Source: an uncultured Pseudomonadota bacterium
GTDB taxonomy: Bacteria; Pseudomonadota; Alphaproteobacteria; Acetobacterales; Acetobacteraceae
DNA length: 64,000 nt
Direction of reading: 5' to 3'
Assembly (NCBI GenBank): GCA_963798115.1
Contig: CAWCRT010000003.1
Span: 44,209-108,208, forward strand
A program made the translations under genes and the position numbers. The first letter of the stretch is position 1, and each line of letters starts with the position of its first letter. Below are positions 49,718 through 59,316 of this stretch, piece after piece. The notes beneath the pieces were generated by a model. That model saw nothing but the letters and a program-made list of their open reading frames with translations. It was not told the origin of the DNA and did not search any database.

Positions 49718-51817
49718 ACCATGCTCTAACAGAGCGACCGCGATGTCGTGAACGACAGTCTCCCACGCGCCGCGCCGGTGTTGGCGGAACAATAGTAGCG
49801 ATCTGTACCATGGGCTGTCTTCGCGCCTCATCAGCCAGCGCCAGTCGGGCACAAAAGGCAGCATCACCCAGGCTTGGTGGCCGATGGCGCCGGCAAGATG
49901 CGCGACGGAGGTGTCGACGGTGAGGACGAGATCGAGCTCGGAAATGGCCGCGGCGGTTTCGGTGAAATCATTGAGATACGGCGACAGATCTTCGATCACG
50001 CCGGGCGGCGCGGTGTTAAGGTCAGCGCGGCGTTCGCCGAGCTGAAGGCTGTACCAGCGAATGCCGGGAACGTTCCAGAGCGGCGCCAAGGCGGAGAAGG
50101 GCAGCGAGCGGTTGCGGTCGTTCCCGTGCTGCGGATTTCCCGCCCAGACGAGTCCGACACGTCGTTCGGTGGCGGAAGAGAGACGTTGCCGCCAGTCCCT
50201 GCGGCGCGCCTCCTCGATCCGGATATAGGAAGAAGGTGCCGGAATCGTTGTCAGGCTGGTGGCGAAAATATGCGGCAGGCTCATTAGCGGGCAGTGAAAA
50301 TCGTAGTTGGGGAGGGGATCGCCGGTGGCAATCAGCCGCTCCACACCTTGCAGGCCGGTGAGAAGTTTCAGCAGAGCGCGTGGCGTTTGCAGAACGACCC
50401 GCCCGCCCTGAGCCGCGATCAGCGCCGCATAGCGGCAGAATTGAATGGTATCGCCCAGCCCCTGCTCGGCATGCAGCAGGATCGTCCGCCCGTTCACGGC
50501 CTCGCCTCGCCATTGCGGCTTGGCAAGAGCGCGCAGCTCGGGCGCTTTTTCTGTCTTGCGCCAGCGCCACTCATATTCCGCCCAGCCGTCGGGCATGTCG
50601 CCGGCCAGCAGCAAACTGATGCCGCGATTGAAATGCCCTTGGGCGTAGTCGGTTTCGTGGCCGATGGCGGTGTTGTGGACGGCAATGGCCTCGTCCAGGC
50701 GCCCCAGATTCTTCAGCGCGTTGCCGAGATTGGAGTGGGCCTCGGCGAAATCCGGCTTGAAGCGGATGGCCGTGTGGTAGGCGGCCACGGCCTCGTCCAG
50801 GCGCCCCAGATCCTGCAAAACGTTGCCGAGATTGGAATGGGCCTCCGCGAAATCAGGCTTCAGGCTGATGGCACATCCGTAGGCGGCAAGCGCTTCGTCG
50901 AGGTGGCCCGTATCTTTCAGCAGGTTGCCGAGATTGGAGTGGGCTGCGGCGAAATCCGGCTTCAGGCGGATAGCCTCGCGGTAGGCGGCGGCGGCCTCGT
51001 CCGGGCGCGCCAGATTTTTCAGCGCGTTGCCGAGATTGGAATGGGCTTCGGCGAAATCAGGCTTGAGGCGGATGGCCTGGCCATAGGCGGCAATGGCGTT
51101 GTCGAACTGTCCGAGTGTTTTCAGCGCGACGCCCAAATTGAAATGGGCTTCGGCGAAGTCCGGCCTGGCTTCGATGGCGTTTCTGTAGGCGGCAACCGCC
51201 TGGTCGAGCTGCCCGGACGCTTTGAGGGCGTTGCCAAGGTTGGAGTGGGCATGGGCGTCGTCAGGCCTAAGGCGGATGGCCTCGTTATAGGCGCAGATGG
51301 CCTCGTTGATGCGCCCCAGCCCTTGCAGGCTGTTGCCGAGACCGGCGTGGGCCTCGGCGACGTCCGGCTGGTAGAAAATGGCCCTGTTGTAAGCGGCCAC
51401 GGCCTCATCCAGGCGCCCCGCCTTCCTCAGGGCATCGCCCAAATTGAGATGAGCTTCGGCGAAATCGGGTTTGCACGCGATGGCCTTGCCATAAGCGGCG
51501 ATCGCCTCCTCGAGGCGCCCCATGGCCTTCCAGGCAGTGCCGAGATTGGTATGATAGGCGGCGATGTCCGGCTTGATGCTGATCGCCTGGCCGATCCTCT
51601 CTACGGCAGCATGATATTGCCCGCTCTGATGGGCGAGCGCGCCGAGCAGATGCAGGGCGTCGGCATGACGCGCATCTATTGCCAGAATCTGGTGGTAGAA
51701 TGGCTCAGCCTCGGCCAGCTGACCGGCCCGGTGGTGCCGCAGGCCCGTTTCCAACAGGCCGGAGAGATCTGACGGCAAAGGGGGCTGCGCGTGATGCCGT
51801 TCGTGGTCCGGTTCCAT
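49715..51817 (-). CDS. TPR-repeat protein with a C-terminal GT-B glycosyltransferase-like domain (GT9/GT41-like)
   Basis: At least 12 consecutive 34-aa TPR units (PDFAEAHSNLGNALK..GRLDEA.AAY..AI). The C-terminal EQGLGDTIQFCRY...VDTSVAHLAGA resembles heptosyltransferase/SPY-like domains. Confidence 0.75.
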   Translation of the reverse strand: MEPDHERHHAQPPLPSDLSGLLETGLRHHRAGQLAEAEPFYHQILAIDARHADALHLLGALAHQSGQYHAAVERIGQAISIKPDIAAYHTNLGTAWKAMGRLEEAIAAYGKAIACKPDFAEAHLNLGDALRKAGRLDEAVAAYNRAIFYQPDVAEAHAGLGNSLQGLGRINEAICAYNEAIRLRPDDAHAHSNLGNALKASGQLDQAVAAYRNAIEARPDFAEAHFNLGVALKTLGQFDNAIAAYGQAIRLKPDFAEAHSNLGNALKNLARPDEAAAAYREAIRLKPDFAAAHSNLGNLLKDTGHLDEALAAYGCAISLKPDFAEAHSNLGNVLQDLGRLDEAVAAYHTAIRFKPDFAEAHSNLGNALKNLGRLDEAIAVHNTAIGHETDYAQGHFNRGISLLLAGDMPDGWAEYEWRWRKTEKAPELRALAKPQWRGEAVNGRTILLHAEQGLGDTIQFCRYAALIAAQGGRVVLQTPRALLKLLTGLQGVERLIATGDPLPNYDFHCPLMSLPHIFATSLTTIPAPSSYIRIEEARRRDWRQRLSSATERRVGLVWAGNPQHGNDRNRSLPFSALAPLWNVPGIRWYSLQLGERRADLNTAPPGVIEDLSPYLNDFTETAAAISELDLVLTVDTSVAHLAGAIGHQAWVMLPFVPDWRWLMRREDSPWYRSLLLFRQHRRGAWETVVHDIAVALLEHG
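50700..51600 (-). repeat. Tandem 102-bp coding repeats (TPR units) inside the TPR gene
   Basis: GTTGCCGAGATTGGA(G/A)TGGGC...GCGAAATC(C/A)GGCTT recurs at about 50722, 50823, 50926 and 51027, then in more diverged form. Confidence 0.8.
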
Positions 51818-52011
51818 GCTTCGCCTTCGGCCTCCCCGCTGACGGCCTCCCTATCCTATCATCGAAAGCCTTTACAACCAGGAGATGAAAAGGGGATTTG
51901 ACCGGGCGAGCGCGATCTGACAGGTAGAGGAACCGGAAAAACACAGGCAGTCCCCCGATTCACCGTGCGGATTTCGGCCAAGCGGCGAATCACAGTAGAT
52001 CAGAACCATTC

Positions 52012-52302
52012 ATGAGCGCTTCCAGTTCGTCACAAGATCTTCCGCCCGATAACCGTCGCGGCAAGCCGCGCTGGCGGACATTGAAGAGCGGAAAACTGTT
52101 CTTCGGTGGTTTTCAAAAGACCGTCTTCGACTGCCTGGTGCTGGATCTGTCAGAAACCGGCGTGCGTATCGAGACCTCGGTGATGGTCGATGCCCCGGAG
52201 ACAGCGTTCCTGCAGATCCAGGAAGAAATGATCGGCCCGATGAAAAAGCGCTGGGCCTCAGGCAACCAGCTCGGTTTCGAGTTCGAACCCCGTGAGGGGT
52301 AA
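52012..52302 (+). CDS. PilZ domain protein (c-di-GMP receptor candidate)
   Basis: RxxxR (RRGKPR) and DxSxxG (DLSETG) motifs; 96 aa. Confidence 0.8.
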   Translation: MSASSSSQDLPPDNRRGKPRWRTLKSGKLFFGGFQKTVFDCLVLDLSETGVRIETSVMVDAPETAFLQIQEEMIGPMKKRWASGNQLGFEFEPREG

Positions 52303-52458
52303 GTATAGGAAGTAAGGGCCGCTTTTTGGAAAAAGCGGCGCAAAAACTTTCTTGGACTTTAGGCCTGAGACGCTCGAGAGGCACGGGCCCAAAGTAGCAA
52401 AGTTTTTTTGCTACTTTTTGTTCATAAAAAGTAGCCTTCCTTCCTTCTTCTTTTCTTA
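52300..52458. repeat. Nested-palindrome element, full copy K
   Basis: Runs from the pilZ TAA to the stop of convergent tadE. Arms GCCGCTTTTTGGAAAAAGCGGC and GCTACTTTTTGTTCATAAAAAGTAGC (one G-T position). Long CT-rich end. Confidence 0.9.
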
Positions 52459-52977
52459 CTGAACCTGCACCGTGCTGGTCGCGCTGAGCTGTTGGGGGGA
52501 GTGCAAAATCCCCGGCAGCGGCACGGGCAAAAACACGCGCGCCGTGACCTGATATGTCACCAGCGTCTGCTGCGTTTGCGTCGACGGGCAGACGGTCGGC
52601 GAAGGGGCGGAGATCGCCGTGCTCGCGGTGGCCGGCGGGGTGAAGCAGCTATAGGAGAGCGCGCCGTTGGCGCCGCCGTTAGAGAGATTGGCCGGCAAGG
52701 TGATCTGATAGTCCGATTGCTGATTTATCAGGCTGATAATGTAGCCTGCATCTGTCAGATTGGTCGCCTCGCCGGGATTGGTCCAGGCAAAATAGTCGAG
52801 CGCCTGGATCGCGGTCCTGAGCTGGGCCTGGGCTGCCATGATGAGGACGAAATCCGTCCCGCCGGCGAAGAGCGGAAACAGGATGAAGACCGACATGAGT
52901 GCGAATTCGAGCGAGACGCTACCGCGCCGGCTCCGCGCGGCCTTGCGCCGCAGTGCGCGGGTCAGGAGTTCGAGCAT
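52456..52977 (-). CDS. TadE/TadF-like pseudopilin
   Basis: N-terminal GSVSLEFALMSVFILFPLFAGG TadE-like domain. Confidence 0.75.
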   Translation of the reverse strand: MLELLTRALRRKAARSRRGSVSLEFALMSVFILFPLFAGGTDFVLIMAAQAQLRTAIQALDYFAWTNPGEATNLTDAGYIISLINQQSDYQITLPANLSNGGANGALSYSCFTPPATASTAISAPSPTVCPSTQTQQTLVTYQVTARVFLPVPLPGILHSPQQLSATSTVQVQ

Positions 52978-53537
52978 GAGCTGGCCTGGTTCTGTGACCC
53001 CATCACGCTGGTGACGGTCGTGATGCTGAGCGGGATGGACGGAAACAGCTTGTTAAAGCCGATCGGCGACCATTGGTAGGTGCCGGTAAGGGTGAGGTAA
53101 AGTCCGGGCGGGTCGTTGGCATCGCTACTGGTGCCGTTATTCGTCCAGGTGATCGCAAGGCGCGGATTGGCGCCATTGGTCTCGCCGGCAGCCGGGAGCG
53201 CCGGGCCGACGGCATTGTTGAAGTCGGCGATGACAAGGCTGTCGGCGGGGCAGGTGAGCGCGCCGGCATTAGCATATTCGGCCGAGCTGTAGACGGCGGC
53301 GGCGCGGGCGGCGCTCTGCACGCCGCGCGCAAGGGCTGAAAGCGACATGCCGAGCAGCCCTAAATTGACGATGCCAAAAATGAACAGAAGCAGCGCCAAC
53401 CCGCAAATCGCGAATTCCACCGCCGCGGCCGCTTGCCGTGCCTGCGCGAAGGCCCGCGCCATGGCGGCGAAGCGCATAAGTGAGCCTGGTTTTTTGCCCC
53501 TGCACGGGGCCAGAGGCTTGGCGGAACGATTTGGCAT
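52962..53537 (-). CDS. TadE/TadF-like pseudopilin
   Basis: AAAVEFAICGLALLLFIFGIVNLG TadE-like domain. Start at 53537 or 53477. Confidence 0.7.
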   Translation of the reverse strand: MPNRSAKPLAPCRGKKPGSLMRFAAMARAFAQARQAAAAVEFAICGLALLLFIFGIVNLGLLGMSLSALARGVQSAARAAAVYSSAEYANAGALTCPADSLVIADFNNAVGPALPAAGETNGANPRLAITWTNNGTSSDANDPPGLYLTLTGTYQWSPIGFNKLFPSIPLSITTVTSVMGSQNQASSCSNS

Positions 53538-53551
53538 GAAGCGGCGTAACC

Positions 53552-55587
53552 TTAGCGTACCAGCACGGCGCTGCCGCTGGTCGGCCCGCTTGAGCCCCCG
53601 CTGGTGGGCGTGTCCGTGAGATGGATGTTGCCGCTCCCGCTGTCGCTGATCGAGGCCACTTCGAGCCCGGGGAGGCCGGTGGTGTTGATGGTCATGCTGG
53701 CGCCGCCCGACACGGTCAGCGGCGCATCGGGGGCATAGATCGCGCCATTGAAAGCGCCGGAGGCGCCTTCGGTGACATTGTCGGCCGTCGCATCGCCGCG
53801 GGACTGATAGATGAGTACGCCGCAAATGCCCTCGCCATCCGTTCCGTCATAGGGGGCGGAAGAGCCTTCATAGGCGGGATCAGGGAAACTGGCGGAAGAG
53901 GCGCAATTGCTGGTCGGCGCGGATAAGGAGACGTTCGCCCCCGCATCGATGGTGAAGCCGGCATTGCCCTCGAGCACGAAGGTGACATCGTTGCCGGTGA
54001 CGGTGGGGCCGGAGCCGATATTGAGATTGCCGTTGCGGATATAGTAAATGCCAGGGTTGAAGGTCACGGAGCTGGCGCCGCCGCTGATGGTGAGCCCGCC
54101 ATCGAAGAAATAGGTGTTCGGCGCCGGCGTGGCATTGGCCGATACCGGATTGCCGAACACATAGGTGCCTTGCCCGGCGTAAAAGGCCCCGCCGGCGCCC
54201 GAATTCGTGGCGTTGGAATTGCCCGCATAGCTCGTGAGTTCATAAAGGCCGGAACTCAACGTGACCTGCGGGCTCCCATTGGTGATCCCGATGCCGCCAT
54301 TCACGTAATAGGTGGGGCCTTCGAGTGTGACGGACGAGGAGATGTTGGTCGAGAGGCCCCAGCCGGAATAGGCGCTGCCGGACATCGCGCCGTTCAGATA
54401 ATAGGTGCCGGGGTAAAGCGTGGCGGAGCCGTTGGTCAGATAGGTGCCGCCATTCACCACCATCGTCATCGGAGAAGGTTGGGTGCTGCTGCCGATCGTG
54501 AGCCCGTTGTCGGAGGTCAGACTCATCCCGCCATTGATGTAGTAGCTGTCCCCGTTCAGTGTCGTGGTCTGGTTCGACTGGATGCTGAAGCCGCCGGTGA
54601 CGTAAGTGTTGCCGGTGTTGGTTGCCTCGTTGAGAACCAGCGAGTTCATGTCCTGGCCATTGTCCATGCCGGTGAAATAGTCCGGGTCGAGGTCACAGTT
54701 GCCGGAATTGCAACTCCCGATGCCGGCCGTATCCCATGTGCCCCAGCCAAGAGCCGGAGTAACCGGGCTGCCGGTCTCAGCCGGGGCGGGCGGCGTCGTC
54801 CATCCGGGATTCCAGATCGACATGCCGCCCGAGGCGCTATCGGCCGGGTTCATGTCGGCGAGCGGATCGGTTGTTGCCGGCGCGTTCAGGGTGACGGTGG
54901 ATGTGGACCCGGCGGGGCTCGCATTGGCATCGGTGCCGATATAGCCGGAATAGGCGGGTGCGCTGACGCAACTCGCCATGGTCGTCACCGCGGTGCCGAT
55001 GATTTTGCCCGAGCCGGTCACCGACATGCTACATCCGGAAGCATCGTTTGAATCGACGCCGCAATTCGTGGCGACCACTTGCGCGCCGCCATTGACCGAT
55101 ATGGTCCCTTGCGTCGCGATCAGGCAGGCCGGACTACTCGCGGCGATCACGTCCGCCGCGGCACTTGCCGTTTGCGTGCCGGCCGGCAGGCCCCGCCATC
55201 CCGGGCCACCGACCCCGGAGAAGAACCCGCTGCGCGGTATGGTCGCACTTGCCACCCATTGCGTGCTGGCGGTGCCATTCACTGTTACGCTGCTGGTGGC
55301 AAGCGTCAGGGTTGCGGTGGTCAGCGCAAACTGTCCGTTGGTGGCCTCGTTGGCCGCGTTGAGGGCAAAATCTTCCGCGACGTTTGTTGTGCTGACGCCG
55401 TATTTCTCCGCCGCGGTCGCGGCGGCGAGTGCCGCGGCATCGGCCGCCGATTGCAGCGCCTCTTGCTGCTCATACCAATAGCCGAGATCCACGGTGAGGC
55501 CGGTCGCCGCAATCAGAAGCGGGCTGCAATGGCAATGATCAATGCCACCCCCGCCTTACGCTCCCTCAATCGGTGCAGGCGACGCAT
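53552..55587 (-). pseudogene. TadG-like pilus-associated protein, frameshifted in the N-terminal membrane helix
   Basis: The main frame starts only at GTG 55492 (VDLGYWYEQQEALQSAADAAALAAA, inside the TadG N-terminal domain). The upstream frame encodes MRRLHRLRERKAGVALIIAIAA and then stops. One extra C in the run at 55521-55523 would join ...AIAA to PLLIAATGLTVDLGYWY. Confidence 0.65.
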
Positions 55588-55887
55588 AACGGGCTGCAGA
55601 ACAACATGAGAAGGCATCAGATTATCCTAAGCAAGGCTCTGGCAGGTCGGCGTGAGGTCCTGTTGACGGTTCCTGTGCTGGAATTTGGTGGAAAAATCAA
55701 GCATTTGGCTGCCGAAAGCCGTGTGAGTGAAACAAACAGAATCTTGTTTCGAGCATGGCTTCAACGCTTCAGGCGTCAGCGCCTTGGCCCAGGCGGCGAC
55801 CTCCGGCTGTTTGCCTCGAAAACGGCCTCTTCCGTGCGGTTTTCCTTGCGGTCGGTTTACAGAATGTTTCGATCGGCCCCCAACGCT

Positions 55888-56340
55888 CTAAGCGTTGCCG
55901 CTGGCGTGGTAGGCAATCTCAAAGCGCCGTCCGCTCCGGGTCTCGCCAAAGGCCAGATCGATCTTGCCGCCAAAGCGTGGATCCAAGGTTCTGATCACGG
56001 CCATGTCGTAGGGCAGGTCGCCGAAATCGCCCAGCGCGGCCACCGAAACGGGCCCTTCGGGAAGCCGTATCGAAGCGGGCAGAAGCAAGAGAACTTCAGG
56101 CCGGCCGAAGGTTTCACAGAGCGCATGAAAAAACGGGCCTTCGAGAAAGGCCAAGGCGGCGGCGGGATCGTTCCAAAGATAAAAGGTGGCGTAAGCGGGT
56201 TTGTCGGGATCCACCAGAAACCATTTATGAGCGAGGCCCGGTAGCCCGTCGAAAAGCGGGCCGCGCTCCGCGGCGCGCCGGCGAACCGCCTGAACATCGT
56301 CTGCTGTCTTGAGGTTGATCAGATAGTGCATCGCAATCAC
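55888..56340 (-). CDS. DUF4865-like protein
   Basis: VIAMHYLINLK...RRRAAERGPLFDGLPGLAHKWFLV resembles the DUF4865 N-terminus. GTG 56340 follows AGGAGG. Confidence 0.6.
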   Translation of the reverse strand: MIAMHYLINLKTADDVQAVRRRAAERGPLFDGLPGLAHKWFLVDPDKPAYATFYLWNDPAAALAFLEGPFFHALCETFGRPEVLLLLPASIRLPEGPVSVAALGDFGDLPYDMAVIRTLDPRFGGKIDLAFGETRSGRRFEIAYHASGNA

Positions 56341-56452
56341 GGCACCTCCTAACGACCTGTTTAACGCTGGTCCTGATGCGTTCGTTCCGGGCGGGAAGGC
56401 TCGCATATCCGAGCGCCCATCGCAATGACGACCGCCCGGATGTTTCCCGAGG

Positions 56453-56653
56453 TCAGTTGACCTTGTAGCCCTCCTCCTCGATCGCCTTGATCACGGCGTC
56501 GGCCGGAATTGTCGTGTCGGCGGCGGTGATCTTCACCAGCCCTTGCGGCAGATCGACGGCCACCGCCAGCTGCGGGGAAATCGCATGAACCGCCTCGGTC
56601 ACCGCTTTCACGCAATGGCCGCAGGTCATGCCTTCGACTTTCAGTTCCAACAT
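56453..56653 (-). CDS. copZ: Copper chaperone, HMA domain
   Basis: MLELKVEGMTCGHCVKAV... The track ORF is trimmed to ATG 56653. Confidence 0.85.
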   Translation of the reverse strand: MLELKVEGMTCGHCVKAVTEAVHAISPQLAVAVDLPQGLVKITAADTTIPADAVIKAIEEEGYKVN

Positions 56654-56723
56654 ATGTCTCTCCAGCGAATGGTCCCGGCGGAGCCTTGCGTCTCCGTCCA
56701 TCTGACCGATGCCGTGCGGGTAG

Positions 56724-56748
56724 AGGTTCCAATAGTTGGAAGGTCAAG
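56724..56748 (-). promoter_or_regulatory. MerR/CueR-type promoter-operator for copZ
   Basis: The minus strand reads CTTGACCTTCCAACTATTGGAACCT: a TTGACC -35 overlapping CCTTCC-N7-GGAACC. Confidence 0.5.
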
Positions 56749-56771
56749 CGATCAAGCGCGGAAAATCCGGA

Positions 56772-56795
56772 TTGACCTTGCCATCATGGGAAGGT
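56772..56795 (+). promoter_or_regulatory. MerR/CueR-type promoter-operator for copA
   Basis: TTGACCTTGCCATCATGGGAAGGT: a -35 TTGACC overlapping the dyad CCTTGC-N7-GGAAGG. The layout matches the E. coli copA CueR box as I recall it. Confidence 0.6.
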
Positions 56796-56846
56796 GCACC
56801 TGTCACACACGAACCCCACCGGACTGATGGGATGCGGGAGAGTGGT

Positions 56847-59104
56847 ATGAGCGAACTTGGTTTGATGGCGCGGCGTGAGGCCAACGAGGCAGCGCCGCAT
56901 CGTGGTGCGACCGTGGATTTCGGCGTCGAGGGCATGACCTGCGCCTCTTGCGTAGGGCGGGTCGAGCGCGCCATCCGGCGTTTGACGATGGTGGCCGATG
57001 TCGCGGTCAATCTCGCCACGGGTCAGGCGCGCGTGACCTTTGCGGCCGACCAGCCCGGGATCGAGGCGGTGACGGCGGCGGTGACCAAGGCCGGTTATGG
57101 CATCTCCGTAAAGCAGGCTGAACCGGCGGATGACGACAAGCACGCGGAATCACGGCGCGCGCTTCTGCGTGTCGGGATTTCGGCCTTGCTGACCCTGCCG
57201 CTGTTTTGCGGGATGCTCCTGCATCTCGCCGGCTCGCCTGGGATGCTGCCTGGCTGGCTGGCGCTGGCGCTCGCCACACCGGTGCAGTTCTGGCTGGGTT
57301 TCGGCTTTTATCGTAGCGGCTGGAAGGCGGTCCGCGCGGGCGCCGGCAATATGGAGCTGCTGGTGGCGCTGGGCAGCTCGGCCGCTTACGGCCTCAGCCT
57401 CTATCTGCTGATCCGCGCCTGGGTCGTGGGCGGCATGCCGGCCCTTTACTTCGATGCCTCGGCGATGGTCATCACGCTCATCCTGTTCGGTAAATGGCTG
57501 GAAGCCCGGGCCCGGCGCCAGACCGGCGCGGCCTTGCGGGCCCTAACGGCCCTGCGCCCTGAGCAGGCGCGCCGGCGCGAGGCGGATGGCACTGACCGTG
57601 AAATTCCCCTGGCCACGTGTCGCGGTCGGCGATCTGGTGGTGATCAGGCCGGGCGAACGGATTCCCGTCGATGGCATCGTCGTCGAGGGCAGCAGCGCCA
57701 CGGATGATTCGATGCTGACCGGCGAGAGCCTGCCGGTGCCGAAATTTGCCGGCGATCGCGTGATCGGCGGCGCGATCAACGGCGAGGGCCTGCTGCTGGT
57801 GGAAACCAGCGCGGTCGGGGCGGAATCGACGCTCGCGCGGATTGTCCGGCTGGTCGAGAACGCGCAGGCGGCAAAGGCGCCGATCCAGAAGATGGTGGAT
57901 CGTGTGGCGGCGGTTTTCGTGCCGGTGGTGCTCGTCATTGCCGCACTCACCTTCCTTGGGCAGTGGCTGGTCGGCGGCCATGTCGCGCCGGCGATCCTCG
58001 CTGCGGTCGCGGTGCTGGTCATCGCCTGCCCCTGCGCGCTGGGGCTTGCCACACCGACGGCGGTGATGGCCGGGACCGGCGTGGCGGCGAAGCACGGCAT
58101 TCTGATCAAGGATGCGGAAACGCTGGAGATGGCGCGGCGCGTCGATGCCGTGATGTTCGACAAGACCGGCACCCTGACCGAGGGCAGCCCCTCGATCACC
58201 GCCATCGAGGCCGCCGAAGGCATGACCCGCGCGGAAATCCTGCGCCTGGCCGCCGGCCTGCAGCAGGGCAGCGAACACCCGCTGGCCAAGGCCGTGCGTG
58301 CCCGCGCGCAAGCCGAGGCCATTGAAGTCCCCGCCGTCAGGGATGCGAAAGCCCTGCCGGGGCGCGGCGTGGCGGGACTTGTCGAAGGGCGCTTGCTGGT
58401 CTTGGGTTCGCGGCGCGTGCTTGAAGAACTATGGCTTGGATCCCGCTTCACTCGCCGCCCAGGCCGCGCGGCTTCAGGAGGAAGGCCGGACCGTTTCCTG
58501 GCTGATCGCGCCGGGCGCAGAGACCGCGCCTGTCCTCGGCCTGATCGCCTTTGGCGATGCGCTCAAACCATCGGCCCGGCCGGCCGTCGCGGCGCTGCGG
58601 GCGCTTGGGCTGCGTGTGGCGATGCTGACCGGCGACAATGCGGGCAGCGCCAAAATGGCCGCCGCTTCGCTCGGCATCGACGATGTCAGGGCCGAAATCC
58701 TGCCTGAGGAGAAGGAAGAAGCCGTCAGCGCCTTGCGCCGGTCCGGCCGCGTCGTCGCCATGGTCGGCGACGGCCTCAACGACGCGCCAGCTCTGGCCGC
58801 GGCGGATCTTGGCATCGCCATGGCGACCGGTTCCGATGTCGCCATGCACACCGCCGGCATCACGCTGATGCGCGGCGACCCCGCTCTGGTCGCCGATGCG
58901 CTCGACATCTCCCGCCGCACCGTGGCGAAAATCCGCCAGGGCCTGTTCTGGGCGTTCATCTATAACGTTATTGGCATCCCGCTGGCGGCCTCCGGCCATC
59001 TGAGCCCGGTTATCGCCGGTGCTGCGATGGCATTCTCCAGCGTCAGCGTTGTGTCCAATGCGCTGCTGCTTCGGAGTTGGCGGCCGCGTAGTAAGGAAAA
59101 GTAA
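56847..59104 (+). pseudogene. copA: Copper-translocating P1B-type ATPase with two frameshifts
   Basis: Three consecutive frames carry GMTCASC (HMA), then [33 protein letters not shown] and DKTGTLT, then MLTGDN, GDGLNDAPAL and the C-terminal TM helices. The frame breaks are near 57611-57618 and 58426-58431. Confidence 0.9.
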
Positions 59105-59232
59105 GCGCTACTTTTTGTGAACAAAAAGTAGCAAAAAAACTTTGTTAATTTGGGCCTGCGGCGTTCGAGCGCCTCGGGCCCAAAGTCCAGAAAGTTTTTG
59201 CGCCGCTTTTTTCAAAAAGCGGCCTCCTTCTA
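59091..59232. repeat. Nested-palindrome element, full copy L
   Basis: GTAAGGAAAAGTAAGC contains the last copA codons and its TAA. Arms GCTACTTTTTGTGAACAAAAAGTAGC and GCCGCTTTTTTCAAAAAGCGGC. Confidence 0.9.
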
Positions 59233-59316
59233 ACTTTCCTCCAATTTGGTTGACGCTTCCCCCTCCGGCCCATAGCATCCCCTGCAAATAAAGCCCGCAA
59301 TAAGAACGGAGGAAAC

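Noticed and set aside
57586-58450. Programmed ribosomal frameshifting in copA, as in the E. coli CopA(Z) case
   Set aside because: The known event lies directly after the first metal-binding domain at a slippery heptamer. Here the two breaks are at about codons 257 and 527, inside the actuator/TM and nucleotide-binding regions, with no slippery sequence.
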